This document shows positions 36,430-46,642 of a stretch of DNA of 64,000 nt, in pieces. The DNA is from an uncultured virus (IMG/VR IMGVR_UViG_3300027749_000064) (Duplodnaviria > Heunggongvirae > Uroviricota > Caudoviricetes). The stretch lies in the IMG/VR virus record IMGVR_UViG_3300027749_000064. The stretch is one strand, 5' to 3'. The notes under the pieces were generated by a model, which did no database searches, was not told the origin of the DNA, and was given only the letters and a program-made list of their open reading frames with translations. Numbering within the stretch: position 1 is the first letter of the stretch; every line of letters begins with the position of its first letter. Both the position numbers and the translations under genes were made by a program.

Positions 36430-36723
36430 ATGTCAGCAAGATATGAAATAGAAGAAGGAACAAATGCAGTAATGGTATTTTATGGGGAGTCCCCGCAACC
36501 TTCTCTTTATCAACCAAATTGGCCAGGAGGGGATCCTTGGGCAGATATTGCAGAAGCAGAAACATGGGCAAAACTTTATATTGCATCAGTTACAGATGAG
36601 TCTGCTCCATACGCACCAAATCATCCAGGGGAAGAAGGCGCACCAAAGCCAACTCCAGAAGAAATTGCTGCAATGCAAGCCGAAATTGAAGCTCGTAAAA
36701 ATCCTGCCCTTCCAAATGCTTAA
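36430..36723 (+). CDS. Small acidic Pro-rich protein, possible fibre chaperone
   Basis: ORF track; SD; position after fibre genes. Confidence 0.6.
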   Translation: MSARYEIEEGTNAVMVFYGESPQPSLYQPNWPGGDPWADIAEAETWAKLYIASVTDESAPYAPNHPGEEGAPKPTPEEIAAMQAEIEARKNPALPNA

Positions 36724-36750
36724 ATAGTTTTAATTAAACAAAGGATTTAA

Positions 36751-37416
36751 ATGGAACACTATGACGTGTTGATTGCAACACCTGGATCCGTGTTAGAAGC
36801 ACAATATGTAAAAAGTTTAGTTTTAACATTAGCCGAATGTGATAAACGTGGCATTTCTTATAAATGGCTTAATGCTTATTCTTCTTTAGTGCATCATGCA
36901 CGGGAATTAACTGCATCGGGCGGTACTGGATTAGAATTAAATCCAGATCATAAAGGTCCTGTAGGAGATTCTGTAACATATAAAAAGATATTCTGGATAG
37001 ATTCAGATATTGCATGGACACCAGAACAATTTTTTAAAATTTATGATTCTGAATATGATGTAATTGCAGGATGTTATTTGTTAGCAGATGGAATTACAAC
37101 TACAATACATCCATGGGGTAATAATAATGGAATTCCCGTCAATGAAATTTTACAAATGAAAGAACCTTTAAAAGTACAAAGTATAGGGTTTGGATTTGTT
37201 GCAATGAAATCAGGAGTATTTGAAAAATTACCAAGACCCTGGTTTAAACATTTTGATCAAGCAGTAATGACATCTATGGGAAATCAAATTGTAGATTCTA
37301 TAGGTGAAGACATATCTTGGTGTATTAAAGCATATCAGGCAGGAATAAATATTTATTTTGATCCCGCCGTTCTAGTCAATCATATGAAGAAAATGGAAAT
37401 TAAATGGCCGAAGTAA
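36751..37416 (+). CDS. GT-A fold glycosyltransferase-like protein
   Basis: IATP, FWIDSDI, GFGFVAM, GEDISWC, H near C-terminus. Confidence 0.85.
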   Translation: MEHYDVLIATPGSVLEAQYVKSLVLTLAECDKRGISYKWLNAYSSLVHHARELTASGGTGLELNPDHKGPVGDSVTYKKIFWIDSDIAWTPEQFFKIYDSEYDVIAGCYLLADGITTTIHPWGNNNGIPVNEILQMKEPLKVQSIGFGFVAMKSGVFEKLPRPWFKHFDQAVMTSMGNQIVDSIGEDISWCIKAYQAGINIYFDPAVLVNHMKKMEIKWPK

Positions 37417-38117
37417 AAAAGAAAAGTATTTATATAGCAACACCAATGTATAACTCTACATGTAGTGGGTATTATGCAAGAAGTCTAACAGATTTAGTAA
37501 TCACATTATTACAAAATGGACATGAAGTACATTTTCAAGATGTATACAATTCCAGTTTAATAACAGAAGCTAGAAATTTTCTTACAGAAGATTTCCTTAG
37601 AAAAGGCTATGATTATATGTTATTTATAGATGCAGATCAAGGTTTTAATCCTATGGGTGTATTAAAAATGATTGAAGAAGATGAAGATGTTATTGCTGGT
37701 GTAGTCCCGCTTAAAATTATAAATTGGGATGGTGTACTACAAGCATCAAGGCAAGGTAAAATAGATTTACAAAATTATACAACTGCACATAATGTTGTTC
37801 CTTTAAATGATTTACAAGCAGACAGAAACAAAAAAATTGAAGTAAAATCAGCGGGGACAGGATTACTTCTTATAAGTCGTAAAGTATTTGAAATTTTAAA
37901 ACCCCTAGTAAAAACATATAAATTTTCAGGTACACCTTGTTTAAATCTTAATCAAGGAGATTCTATTTCTAATTTTTGGGATTTGTACATTGATGATGAT
38001 GGAAATAAATTTGGAGAAGATGTTAATTTTTGTAAACTTTGGCGGGGAACTGGCGGAAAAGTTTATACAACATTTTGGCCACAAGCTACACACATAGGAA
38101 ATCACGTATATCGTTAA
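37404..38117 (+). CDS. GT-A fold glycosyltransferase-like protein
   Basis: IATPMY, ARN, LFIDAD, GTGLLLI, GEDVNFC, HIG. Confidence 0.85.
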   Translation: MAEVKKKSIYIATPMYNSTCSGYYARSLTDLVITLLQNGHEVHFQDVYNSSLITEARNFLTEDFLRKGYDYMLFIDADQGFNPMGVLKMIEEDEDVIAGVVPLKIINWDGVLQASRQGKIDLQNYTTAHNVVPLNDLQADRNKKIEVKSAGTGLLLISRKVFEILKPLVKTYKFSGTPCLNLNQGDSISNFWDLYIDDDGNKFGEDVNFCKLWRGTGGKVYTTFWPQATHIGNHVYR

Positions 38118-38225
38118 TGAATTTAGTTCAAAGATCTGTTGAAAAAGGTGGAAAATTAGCCTATATATCAGTAAAAATGGCATTGAATTGTTCACTTTTT
38201 AAGAATTAGATGGTATTATTGGCAT

Positions 38226-38564
38226 ATGAGCAAAATGAAAGTAACACCTATTGATGAGGTAAATTGGGGTCTATACGCCTGGATGATGCCAGATGAAACA
38301 CTTGTTATGGATGAAGAAGGTGGATATTTAAGTATTCCTTCTATGAAAGGCGATATCCGTCAAATAAAAAAACTTAAAGATGCAGCAAAGCACTACGGCT
38401 TAGAGGATGGTCATCCAGTATTTTTTGCGGGGCATAGACCAGTAGACAATGAAGAACTTGAAACGCAAAAACAAAGAATGGAATTGGGTCTTGTACCAGA
38501 TGTTATGGACACTCCAGCAATGCTTGAATATTATAAAGAAATGAAAGAGATGAAAATTGGCTAA
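38226..38564 (+). CDS. Hypothetical protein upstream of portal
   Basis: ORF track; ATG immediately after TGGTATTAT extended -10, probably leaderless. Confidence 0.75.
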   Translation: MSKMKVTPIDEVNWGLYAWMMPDETLVMDEEGGYLSIPSMKGDIRQIKKLKDAAKHYGLEDGHPVFFAGHRPVDNEELETQKQRMELGLVPDVMDTPAMLEYYKEMKEMKIG

Positions 38565-40137
38565 TTTAACTATAGATGACAGTATTGACGATGATGAGAG
38601 TGGAATTACAGTTAAGTTAGATGCTCCATCTCATACAGTAGAGCATGATTTTAATGATCCATTTAATGCTCCGTGGGAAGATATTAGAAAAGCAGAAGGT
38701 TTAAGTCCTAATTTTCGCAGACAAGCATCAAGACTTGAAAAGTCATTTGTGGGGCAGGGTGATGCAAAATCTAAAAAGCTTGATCCACTTGATTTAACAG
38801 GTTATTCTTTATTCCAAATTGTTCAACCACCATACAATGTTCTTTACTTAGCACAATTATATGATGTGTCTCCATATCATCATTCTGCTGTTAATGCTAA
38901 AGCAGCAAATGTCGTGGGTTTAGGATATAAATTTGAAAATACATGGAGCACAACTTCTAAAATTGAAGAAGTTATGGATACTCCAAAAAAACTTGATAAG
39001 CTACGTTCAAAAATTGAGGGGTTAAAAGAACAGTTAAGAAACTATTTAGAATCACTTAATTCAGATGATTCATTTACAGAAACAATGAAAAAGATTTTTA
39101 TTGATTTAGAATCAACTGGTAATGCATACATGGAAGTTGGTCGGATGACAAATGGAAAGATTGGTTATATTGGCCATGTTCCTACAACCACTATGCGTAT
39201 CCGCCGTCATCGTGATGGTTTTGTACAAGTTGTTTATAACCGCTATACATTTTTTAGAAACTTTGGAGATACTGAAACTCCAGATCAAATAGGTACAGAT
39301 CCACAACCAAATGAAATAATTCATTTTAAAGTATTTACTCCTTCAAATACATATTATGGAGTGCCAGATGTTCTTTCTGCAAAAAATGCAGTTGCAGGAG
39401 ATGAATTTGCACAGCGTTTTAACTTAGATTATTTTGAAAATAAAGCTGTTCCACGTTATATTATTACAGTAAAGGGAGCAAAACTTACTGCTGATTCAGA
39501 GCGTAAATTGCTTGAATTTTTTCAAACAGGATTAAAGGGAAGAAATCATAGAACTCTTTATATTCCATTGCCTTCAGATGGAGAACAAGGTCGTGTTGAG
39601 TTTAATATGGAACCAATTGAAGCTGGTATTCAAGACTCATCATTTAGAAATTATGCTGTAGAAAATAGAGATCGTATTCTTCTTTCTCATCGGGTTCCAG
39701 TATCAAAGCTGGGAATGCCAGCAAATGTATCATTGGCAAATGCTAAAGATGCAGATAAAACATTTAAAGAACAAGTTTGTCGTCCACGTCAAGAAGAACT
39801 TGAGTTTAAAATTAATTTGATTATTAGAGAATTTACAGATGCATTTGTTTTAAGATTTAATGAACTTGCACTTACAGATGAAGAAACTCAATCACGAATT
39901 GATGATCGTTATCTTAAAGATCAAGTTATTACTCCTAACGAAGTTCGTCAACGTCGTGGAATGGCTCCCCTTGAAGGCGGAGATGCGGTTCTTGTTCTTA
40001 ATCCAAAACAACTACAAGATGCAGCCTCTGATGCAAGTGGAAATAAAACTCGTGATCAAAATAGAACTTTAAATGCTCCAGATAAGATGGGAACTGCCCG
40101 TAATGCTAAGGGCGAAGGACGGCAAGAAGGAAATTAA
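38557..40137 (+). CDS. Portal protein
   Basis: GNAY.E, EIIHFK, YYGVP, YFEN.A.P, ITPNEVRQRRGMAPLEGGD. Confidence 0.92.
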   Translation: MANLTIDDSIDDDESGITVKLDAPSHTVEHDFNDPFNAPWEDIRKAEGLSPNFRRQASRLEKSFVGQGDAKSKKLDPLDLTGYSLFQIVQPPYNVLYLAQLYDVSPYHHSAVNAKAANVVGLGYKFENTWSTTSKIEEVMDTPKKLDKLRSKIEGLKEQLRNYLESLNSDDSFTETMKKIFIDLESTGNAYMEVGRMTNGKIGYIGHVPTTTMRIRRHRDGFVQVVYNRYTFFRNFGDTETPDQIGTDPQPNEIIHFKVFTPSNTYYGVPDVLSAKNAVAGDEFAQRFNLDYFENKAVPRYIITVKGAKLTADSERKLLEFFQTGLKGRNHRTLYIPLPSDGEQGRVEFNMEPIEAGIQDSSFRNYAVENRDRILLSHRVPVSKLGMPANVSLANAKDADKTFKEQVCRPRQEELEFKINLIIREFTDAFVLRFNELALTDEETQSRIDDRYLKDQVITPNEVRQRRGMAPLEGGDAVLVLNPKQLQDAASDASGNKTRDQNRTLNAPDKMGTARNAKGEGRQEGN

Positions 40138-40139
40138 AA

Positions 40140-41006
40140 ATGGCAACAGGACTAGATGTTTTAAATGTTGCCAGAACACAAATAGGCTTTGTTGAAGGCC
40201 CAAATAATGAAAGTCCTTATGGAACATGGTTTGGAATCCCAAATCAACCTTATTGCGCTATGGGAATTAGTTGGTGTTTTGCACAAGTTGGTTTATCACA
40301 TTTAGTTGCGGGACAAACAATAAAGGGATTTGCTTCTTGTCAAGTTGGGTTAAGTTGGTTTCAACGTCAAGGTAAAGTTGTAAACAAATTTCAAGGACAA
40401 CCAGGAGATATTGTATTTTTTTCATTTTCAAATAACGGTCAGGCAGACCACGTAGAACTTCTTGAAGCGGCTTCTCCAAATGGAATAACAACTATTGGAT
40501 TTAATACAAGCCCAGATCATGTAGATGGAAGCCAAAGCAATGGCGGTGGCTGTTATAGAAGACATAGGCCGTATTTAAATGTTATTGCAATAGTAAGACC
40601 AGCCTATCCAGTATTGCTTAAACCAACAATTGCAGTTTCTAAAACTAAAAAAGCAACTGCAGGTGTTGCAACAACTGGAGCTTTAGTTGCGGGAGCAACA
40701 GGAGCAGTAACAACTGGACCTACATCTAGTTCACCTACTCCCACCCCCAGCCCTACTGTATGGGCCGCACCACCGTTTCCAATAGATAAAACTTCTTTTA
40801 TAATTGGTGCAAAAAGTGATGCAGTATTGGCAGTAGAAATGGCTTTAGCAAAATCGGGTTTATTGCCTACAGAATATGTTGATGCTTTAATGGATGCACA
40901 CACTGTATCTGCTTTAAAGAAATATGAAATTAAAAACCCTAAACTTGGCATCAAAGATGGGTCTGTAAATCAAAAAGTTTATGATGCATTAAAGGCAACA
41001 ATATGA
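40140..41006 (+). CDS. CHAP-domain endolysin
   Basis: A..QIG..EGPNN..Y..W, PYCAM..SW, PGDIVFF, DHV; Pro/Thr linker and possible cell-wall-binding C-terminus. Confidence 0.8.
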   Translation: MATGLDVLNVARTQIGFVEGPNNESPYGTWFGIPNQPYCAMGISWCFAQVGLSHLVAGQTIKGFASCQVGLSWFQRQGKVVNKFQGQPGDIVFFSFSNNGQADHVELLEAASPNGITTIGFNTSPDHVDGSQSNGGGCYRRHRPYLNVIAIVRPAYPVLLKPTIAVSKTKKATAGVATTGALVAGATGAVTTGPTSSSPTPTPSPTVWAAPPFPIDKTSFIIGAKSDAVLAVEMALAKSGLLPTEYVDALMDAHTVSALKKYEIKNPKLGIKDGSVNQKVYDALKATI

Positions 41007-41353
41007 AGTTAAAACATCATTTTAAGTTTAATATATCAGATGCAAAACAGCTTGGAATCGCTCTTATAAGCTCGTATGGAATGTGGGCAGCTACTGGGTT
41101 TCAAAAAAGCATTACAGGCTTAATGTATCCAATAATGGGGTTTGTTACTGGAGGTTTGGCTTCCCACCATAGCACCTCTAGTCCAAATATTTTGCCAGAA
41201 AATCATATTGAAACCCCTTATGTAAACAATATAAATGATGGAAATAAAGGGTCTCCAATGACAAATACAGAAATAAAAACATATGCTCCCGAAGTTGCGG
41301 ATGTAAAAAAAGTCATTAAAATAAACAGCAATATTATAAAAAATATTAGTTAA
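41003..41353 (+). CDS. Putative holin/membrane protein
   Basis: Two hydrophobic segments; overlaps lysin stop. Confidence 0.5.
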   Translation: MKLKHHFKFNISDAKQLGIALISSYGMWAATGFQKSITGLMYPIMGFVTGGLASHHSTSSPNILPENHIETPYVNNINDGNKGSPMTNTEIKTYAPEVADVKKVIKINSNIIKNIS

Positions 41354-41395
41354 AATTATGAGTTAGTTATAAATCCTGCTATTATTTATTTACAT

Positions 41396-42832
41396 ATGGA
41401 TATTCAAAAAACTTATTGGTCAAACAGCGAATCATCTATGGCTCTGGCTTTTCCTATTTCTAAGGTTAATAAGGAAAAGAGAACAGTCTCAGGTTTCGCA
41501 TCCCTGGACAATTTAGATCGTCATGGAGATATTGTAACATCAGAAGCAAACAAAAAAGCTTTTGAAAGATTTAGAGGAAATATTCGTGAAATGCACGGAC
41601 CAGTGGCAGTTGGTAAAATGCTTAATTTTAAAGAAGACAATTTTTTTGATCCAGAAACAAATAAAAAATATAATGGTATTTATGTAACTGCTTATATTTC
41701 AAAGGGCGCCCAAGATGCTTGGGAAAAAGTTCTTGATGGAACATATTCAGGATTTTCAATTGGTGGAAATATTGTTGATGCTAAAATGGAAAAATCTGAT
41801 GATGGTTCAAATAAAGATCGCAGAGTAATTCATGATTATGATTTACATGAACTATCGCTAGTAGATTCTCCAGCAAATCAACTTGCAAACTTTTTTTCTA
41901 TTGAAAAAAATACAGATGGAAGTACTTTTGTAAAAGGTATGATTGCAGACGTTACATTAGAAAATGTTTTTTGGTGTAAGCAAGATGAAATTGCTTCAAC
42001 ATCAAATGCAACAACAAAAGACTGCGTTGTATGCGATGCACAAATGATTAATATTGGTTGGGTAGAACAAGCAGATATTGAAAAGTTTGAAGCAATTGAA
42101 AAAGTAATTGATTCTTATTTTAAGAAAGATGATGCGCCAACATCAGCACATGAAGCAACAGAGACAGCGTCTCCAGGTTTGGCGGGGAATGTAATTGATA
42201 GCAATGCTACAATTAATCTTTATCCCGATCAAAATAAAACAAAACAAAAAGTTACGTTTGATAACGGACTTAAAAAGAGTGATGATATTTCACTCACAGA
42301 AGGAGGTAACAAAATGGCAGAAGATACAAATGCAGCAATTGAGAAGTCAATTGATGTAGAGACTCCAGCCGAAGAAGTTTCAATTGTTTCCGAAACTCCA
42401 GATGCTACACTTGAAAAAGCTGTAGAAATTTCAGAGGTTGAAGATACACTTGATTTAACAAAGATGGTCACTGACCTCAAGACCTTCTTTGGTGAGTCTA
42501 TTACAAAATCTAATGAGAACTATGCTACACACGCAGCAACAGTTCAAGATATGTACAACATTGTTAACGAAACTAGAGCTGAAATGGCTCGTTTGTCAAA
42601 GGGATATGAGGATATCTCAAAGTCAAATGAAGAAATCGTTGCAAAGTATGAAGCATTAAATAAGTCAGTAACTGATATGTTCGGAAAAATTGAGTATGTT
42701 GATCATGCTTTAAAGAACTTTGAAGCAGCTACTGCAGTACAGAAGTCCGTTGGGGTACAAGCTCCAATGGGTCAAACAAAACCAAAACAAAGTGTATGGC
42801 AAGGTGCTTTCCTCAGTGCTTCAAACATATAA
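41396..42832 (+). CDS. HK97-type prohead protease fused to scaffold-like C-terminus
   Basis: V.GFAS...DRHGD, REMH...AVG, GFSIGG, ELSLVDSPAN. Confidence 0.9.
   Translation: MDIQKTYWSNSESSMALAFPISKVNKEKRTVSGFASLDNLDRHGDIVTSEANKKAFERFRGNIREMHGPVAVGKMLNFKEDNFFDPETNKKYNGIYVTAYISKGAQDAWEKVLDGTYSGFSIGGNIVDAKMEKSDDGSNKDRRVIHDYDLHELSLVDSPANQLANFFSIEKNTDGSTFVKGMIADVTLENVFWCKQDEIASTSNATTKDCVVCDAQMINIGWVEQADIEKFEAIEKVIDSYFKKDDAPTSAHEATETASPGLAGNVIDSNATINLYPDQNKTKQKVTFDNGLKKSDDISLTEGGNKMAEDTNAAIEKSIDVETPAEEVSIVSETPDATLEKAVEISEVEDTLDLTKMVTDLKTFFGESITKSNENYATHAATVQDMYNIVNETRAEMARLSKGYEDISKSNEEIVAKYEALNKSVTDMFGKIEYVDHALKNFEAATAVQKSVGVQAPMGQTKPKQSVWQGAFLSASNI
42314..42832 (+). CDS. Nested in-frame scaffold-like protein
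   Basis: GAAGGAGGT SD before in-frame ATG; acidic, helical-looking sequence. Confidence 0.6.
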   Translation: MAEDTNAAIEKSIDVETPAEEVSIVSETPDATLEKAVEISEVEDTLDLTKMVTDLKTFFGESITKSNENYATHAATVQDMYNIVNETRAEMARLSKGYEDISKSNEEIVAKYEALNKSVTDMFGKIEYVDHALKNFEAATAVQKSVGVQAPMGQTKPKQSVWQGAFLSASNI

Positions 42833-42866
42833 AAAAATATAAAAAAACAAGGTGGTGAAATAATAA

Positions 42867-44015
42867 ATGAGTAATGAACTTCTACAAAAAGTCATTGATA
42901 CAACAAATCTTGGTTCTTCAGCTGTTAACGCTTCTGGCGATTCATCTAACCTCTCTGGTAATGGTTTACTATATCCAGATCAGGCTAATCGTTTCCTAGA
43001 TTACATGTGGGATGCTACGATTCTTGCTAAGGCAGCTCGTACAATCCGTATGCGTTCAAACACAACCGAAATTGATCGTGTTGCAGTTGGACAACGTATC
43101 ATGACAGTTGCACAGGAAGATAATCCACGTAATTTCGTGGCAAGTGGAGATAGCTATACAAATGCTAATTCTACAACTTTCTCTGCACAAAATGCAACAT
43201 TCAACAAGGTTTCGCTTACTACTCGTAAGCTACGTCTTGACTGGGAACTTTCAGCAGAATCTCTAGAAGATAACGTTGAGGGTCCAGATCTTGAAGATCA
43301 CATTGCACGTCTTATGGCTACCCAAGCTGGTAACGATATTGAGGATACCCTTATTAACGGTACTGGTTCTGGTAGTGGTTTGATGTCAGCATTTGCAGGC
43401 TTCCGTTCACTAGCATTAAGCAACGCACACGTTGTTGATGCTGCTGGATATGGACTTGACAAAACAATTTTCAACCAAGCAATTAAGACTTTGCCTCGTA
43501 AGTACAAGCAACGTCGTAACCAACTACGTTTCTTCACAGGATCTAACTTGGTACAGGACTACTTGTTCAACTTGACAGCCAACGCTGGTAACGGAAACCC
43601 ATTTGATATCGCTTCAGGTATCATTCGTGGTGATGTTGCTGCTAACGATGGTGGTCCAGGCACAGTAACTCCGTTTGCCTTTGGCATTCCAGTTATCAAC
43701 GTTCCTTTGATTGATGAGACTCGTGCGGGAGATTATTCTTCTCCTTCAGGATCACACGGTGATGTCCACTTGACATTCCCACAAAACTTCATTATTGGTA
43801 TCAAGCGTGATGTAACAGTCTATCGTTTGTTCCAGCCAAAGAAGGACACAATTGAATACACTCTATTCATTCGTGTCGGTTGCGTAATGGAAAACTACGA
43901 TGCACACGTTATCGTTAAAAACGTTAAGGTTGCAGGTTCAGTATCTAGCATTACATTTGGAACTCCATATAATGGTTCAAATGTAACTGGTGGAACTAAC
44001 GGAAATACATACTAA
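42867..44015 (+). CDS. Major capsid protein
   Basis: G.L.PDQANRFLD, ELSAESLEDN, NDIEDTLINGTG; position; terminator after. Confidence 0.92.
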   Translation: MSNELLQKVIDTTNLGSSAVNASGDSSNLSGNGLLYPDQANRFLDYMWDATILAKAARTIRMRSNTTEIDRVAVGQRIMTVAQEDNPRNFVASGDSYTNANSTTFSAQNATFNKVSLTTRKLRLDWELSAESLEDNVEGPDLEDHIARLMATQAGNDIEDTLINGTGSGSGLMSAFAGFRSLALSNAHVVDAAGYGLDKTIFNQAIKTLPRKYKQRRNQLRFFTGSNLVQDYLFNLTANAGNGNPFDIASGIIRGDVAANDGGPGTVTPFAFGIPVINVPLIDETRAGDYSSPSGSHGDVHLTFPQNFIIGIKRDVTVYRLFQPKKDTIEYTLFIRVGCVMENYDAHVIVKNVKVAGSVSSITFGTPYNGSNVTGGTNGNTY

Positions 44016-44033
44016 TTTTTAATTAGTTGCAAG

Positions 44034-44069
44034 CGTAAGGGAGATAGAAATATCTCCCTTACGTATTTT
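44034..44069 (+). terminator. Intrinsic terminator
   Basis: 13-bp stem CGTAAGGGAGATA/TATCTCCCTTACG, GAAA loop, T-run. Confidence 0.9.
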
Positions 44070-44102
44070 CTGATATAATAAACAATGACGAGAGGAAGTC
44101 AA

Positions 44103-44501
44103 ATGTCATTTACAGATCTAAAAATTACAGAATTAAGAAAAGTTGCAGATTCTTTTGCTATTGATGCTAAAGAATTAAAAACAAAACAAGAAATTATTGC
44201 AATTCTTGAAGAAGAAGGAATTAGCTATCAAATGTATGCTAAGTTTAATAAAGCTGAAAAAGAAGAAATTAAAGTTCCTGAAAATGAAAAGAAAAAGAGA
44301 GAGCAAAAAATTATGAAAACAGCAAATCAGATTTTAGTAAGAATGGTTAGAGATAATCATTCATATCAAACAGGTGGATATGAATTTACACAAGAACATC
44401 CATTTGTTGCCATGTCAGAAACAGATGCTCAAAGAATTTTTGATACTCAAGAGGGATTTCGCATAGCGACCCCTAGAGAAGCTCAAGAATACTACGCATA
44501 A
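44103..44501 (+). CDS. Protein with Rho-N/HeH-like N-terminus
   Basis: LKITELRKVA..F.I......K..II; start trimmed to MSFTDL. Confidence 0.6.
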   Translation: MSFTDLKITELRKVADSFAIDAKELKTKQEIIAILEEEGISYQMYAKFNKAEKEEIKVPENEKKKREQKIMKTANQILVRMVRDNHSYQTGGYEFTQEHPFVAMSETDAQRIFDTQEGFRIATPREAQEYYA

Positions 44502-44524
44502 AAAATAAATAGGGGGTGTTGTAA

Positions 44525-45481
44525 TTGCAAACAATCAACACAAATAGTCAAGTAAAGATTTATCTGCGAGTATACAAAGATGGAGTTCTATCTCAAGTAG
44601 ATTCTGCAACAAATCCTACTTTATCAATTTTTAATGCTGATAGCGATACAAATGCAATTACAAATTTTTCATCTTTAAATTCTATTAATGAAGCCCCTTC
44701 AGGAGTATATTCTTATCTTTTAACCCCCGCTATAACTAATATAAACAGAATCTTAGAAGTAAGATGGTCTTATATCATTGGCGGGGTTACAACAACTCAA
44801 ACAGATTATTATCAAGTTGAAACTCCATATGCTACAATTTCAGAAGTTGTTGATTTTCTTCAATTTGGGTCAGATCCAGCAAGTTTAAATTATGTTGACT
44901 CAAACAGTATAATCAATGCAGAAAAAGTCGCCAGAACCATCGTAGAGGGCTATACAGGTATAAAATTTTATACATACTATGGAAGTCAAGAAGCTCATGC
45001 AATTGGCGCTAATACAATTCAATTAACAGAAAAAATGTTAACAGTTGATAAAATGTATGAAAATCAAATTCTTGTATATGATGGAACGCAAAACCCTGTA
45101 TACGATACATTTGGTTACAATACGGAAATCAGTCCTAGCGGATATCAATTAAGAATTTGGTACCCCGCCTTCCCTACTGGCTGGAATAATGAAATGGATC
45201 CTACTATTTATGAAGCGGGACGTTTTAGGGATAATTATCTTTATAAATTTGTAGGGCAAATTGGTTATAAGTATGTTCCAGAAGATATTAAATTGGCGAC
45301 TATGCTTTTAATCAATGATGTTCTTTCAAATGATTACAATTGGAGGAATAAATATTTGTCAAAAGTTAACCTAAGCGAAATTTCATTTGAAATGGCTAAA
45401 GGTGCTTTTAATGGTACAGGAAATATTACAGTTGATAATATTCTTGATCAATATCGTAAAACAAATATTGTTATCATTTAA
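44525..45481 (+). CDS. Head-tail adaptor
   Basis: YATISEV, A...VEGYTG..F, GY..VPEDIKLA, DNILDQYR. Confidence 0.75.
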   Translation: MQTINTNSQVKIYLRVYKDGVLSQVDSATNPTLSIFNADSDTNAITNFSSLNSINEAPSGVYSYLLTPAITNINRILEVRWSYIIGGVTTTQTDYYQVETPYATISEVVDFLQFGSDPASLNYVDSNSIINAEKVARTIVEGYTGIKFYTYYGSQEAHAIGANTIQLTEKMLTVDKMYENQILVYDGTQNPVYDTFGYNTEISPSGYQLRIWYPAFPTGWNNEMDPTIYEAGRFRDNYLYKFVGQIGYKYVPEDIKLATMLLINDVLSNDYNWRNKYLSKVNLSEISFEMAKGAFNGTGNITVDNILDQYRKTNIVII

Positions 45482-45939
45482 TGTTTAATAAAAATTATTC
45501 AAATTCATTTGTAGGGTCAGTTTTGAATATGTCTGCTGATATATATACACAACAAAATACACAAGATCCAGATACGGGGGCTATAAAGCGTTCCTGGGTA
45601 TATTCAAAAACTATACAATGTAAAATTTCTCCTGTTAAAATAAAAGGCGCCTCAACTAGAACCGATAATAAAAGTTTTGGGAATACATCTGATTTAAATT
45701 ATAATGAAAAAATACAACTAAAAATGTATTGTTTTGAATTATTAAGTAAGCGTTCACGCATTGAAAATATTCGTACAAGCAATAATGCTCCAATTTTTAT
45801 TGAAATTGATAAAATAAATAATCCAGATACTAAGTTTGAAGTTACAGGCTCCCATGCTGTTATGGACCCATTTGGAAAAATTGCTTATTACGAAACATCT
45901 CTTTTAAGAACCGAGTTACAAGATGACTCTCAAGCTTGA
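45481..45939 (+). CDS. Head closure/stopper (putative)
   Basis: Synteny and size. Confidence 0.55.
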   Translation: MFNKNYSNSFVGSVLNMSADIYTQQNTQDPDTGAIKRSWVYSKTIQCKISPVKIKGASTRTDNKSFGNTSDLNYNEKIQLKMYCFELLSKRSRIENIRTSNNAPIFIEIDKINNPDTKFEVTGSHAVMDPFGKIAYYETSLLRTELQDDSQA

Positions 45940-46642
45940 AATTGACACAAAACAATTAGTTAATGAACTTAGCGGTTTAGTTGTTGGGCTAGAAGAACTT
46001 ACAAAGCCAACAGTATTATCTGAAATATCTAAAGCAGTATTTTCAATTACTGGAGAAAGATTTATGTTGGCTGCCGATAATTATGCAAGATTAAATCCTA
46101 AAAAAATGCATCATGTTTATGAATGGGGCGGTATTGGTAGACCTACATCAAGACTTTTTGTTTTAGAAAGAAGTCAAATTATTTATGGAAATCTTATAAT
46201 TTCTGCAAATTTTTTGCCATCTAGGATACCAGTTCCAATTAACCCTGAGTTGTTACAACCTGGCAGAACTGGGAAAATTGTATCTAGAAAAAATATATTT
46301 AGAAATAAAGCAGAAATTATGGAAAGAGGAACTCCTGTTTCTTTTTCTGCAAAAAGAGTATTAGCTTTTATGGGAAATGATGGAATAGCTTTTATATCAC
46401 CAGGAACACAAGTTAACATTTTACATCCAGGTGGCATAAATACAACAAATTCATTTACAAAATATTTAGTTGAATGGTATACTAAAAAGGGTAATGTTAT
46501 AATGGAATCTTCTGGATTTTATGAAAAATTATCTAATAACGTAGCTTTAGCATTAAGTTCTAATAAACCTAATATTTCTACAGTACGTGCAGCAGTTACA
46601 AAAATTGTAAATCAAATTGATTTGGGAGTAATTATAAAATGA
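45923..46642 (+). CDS. Neck/tail completion protein (putative)
   Basis: Synteny; A.IME.GT motif. Confidence 0.5.
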   Translation: MTLKLEIDTKQLVNELSGLVVGLEELTKPTVLSEISKAVFSITGERFMLAADNYARLNPKKMHHVYEWGGIGRPTSRLFVLERSQIIYGNLIISANFLPSRIPVPINPELLQPGRTGKIVSRKNIFRNKAEIMERGTPVSFSAKRVLAFMGNDGIAFISPGTQVNILHPGGINTTNSFTKYLVEWYTKKGNVIMESSGFYEKLSNNVALALSSNKPNISTVRAAVTKIVNQIDLGVIIK

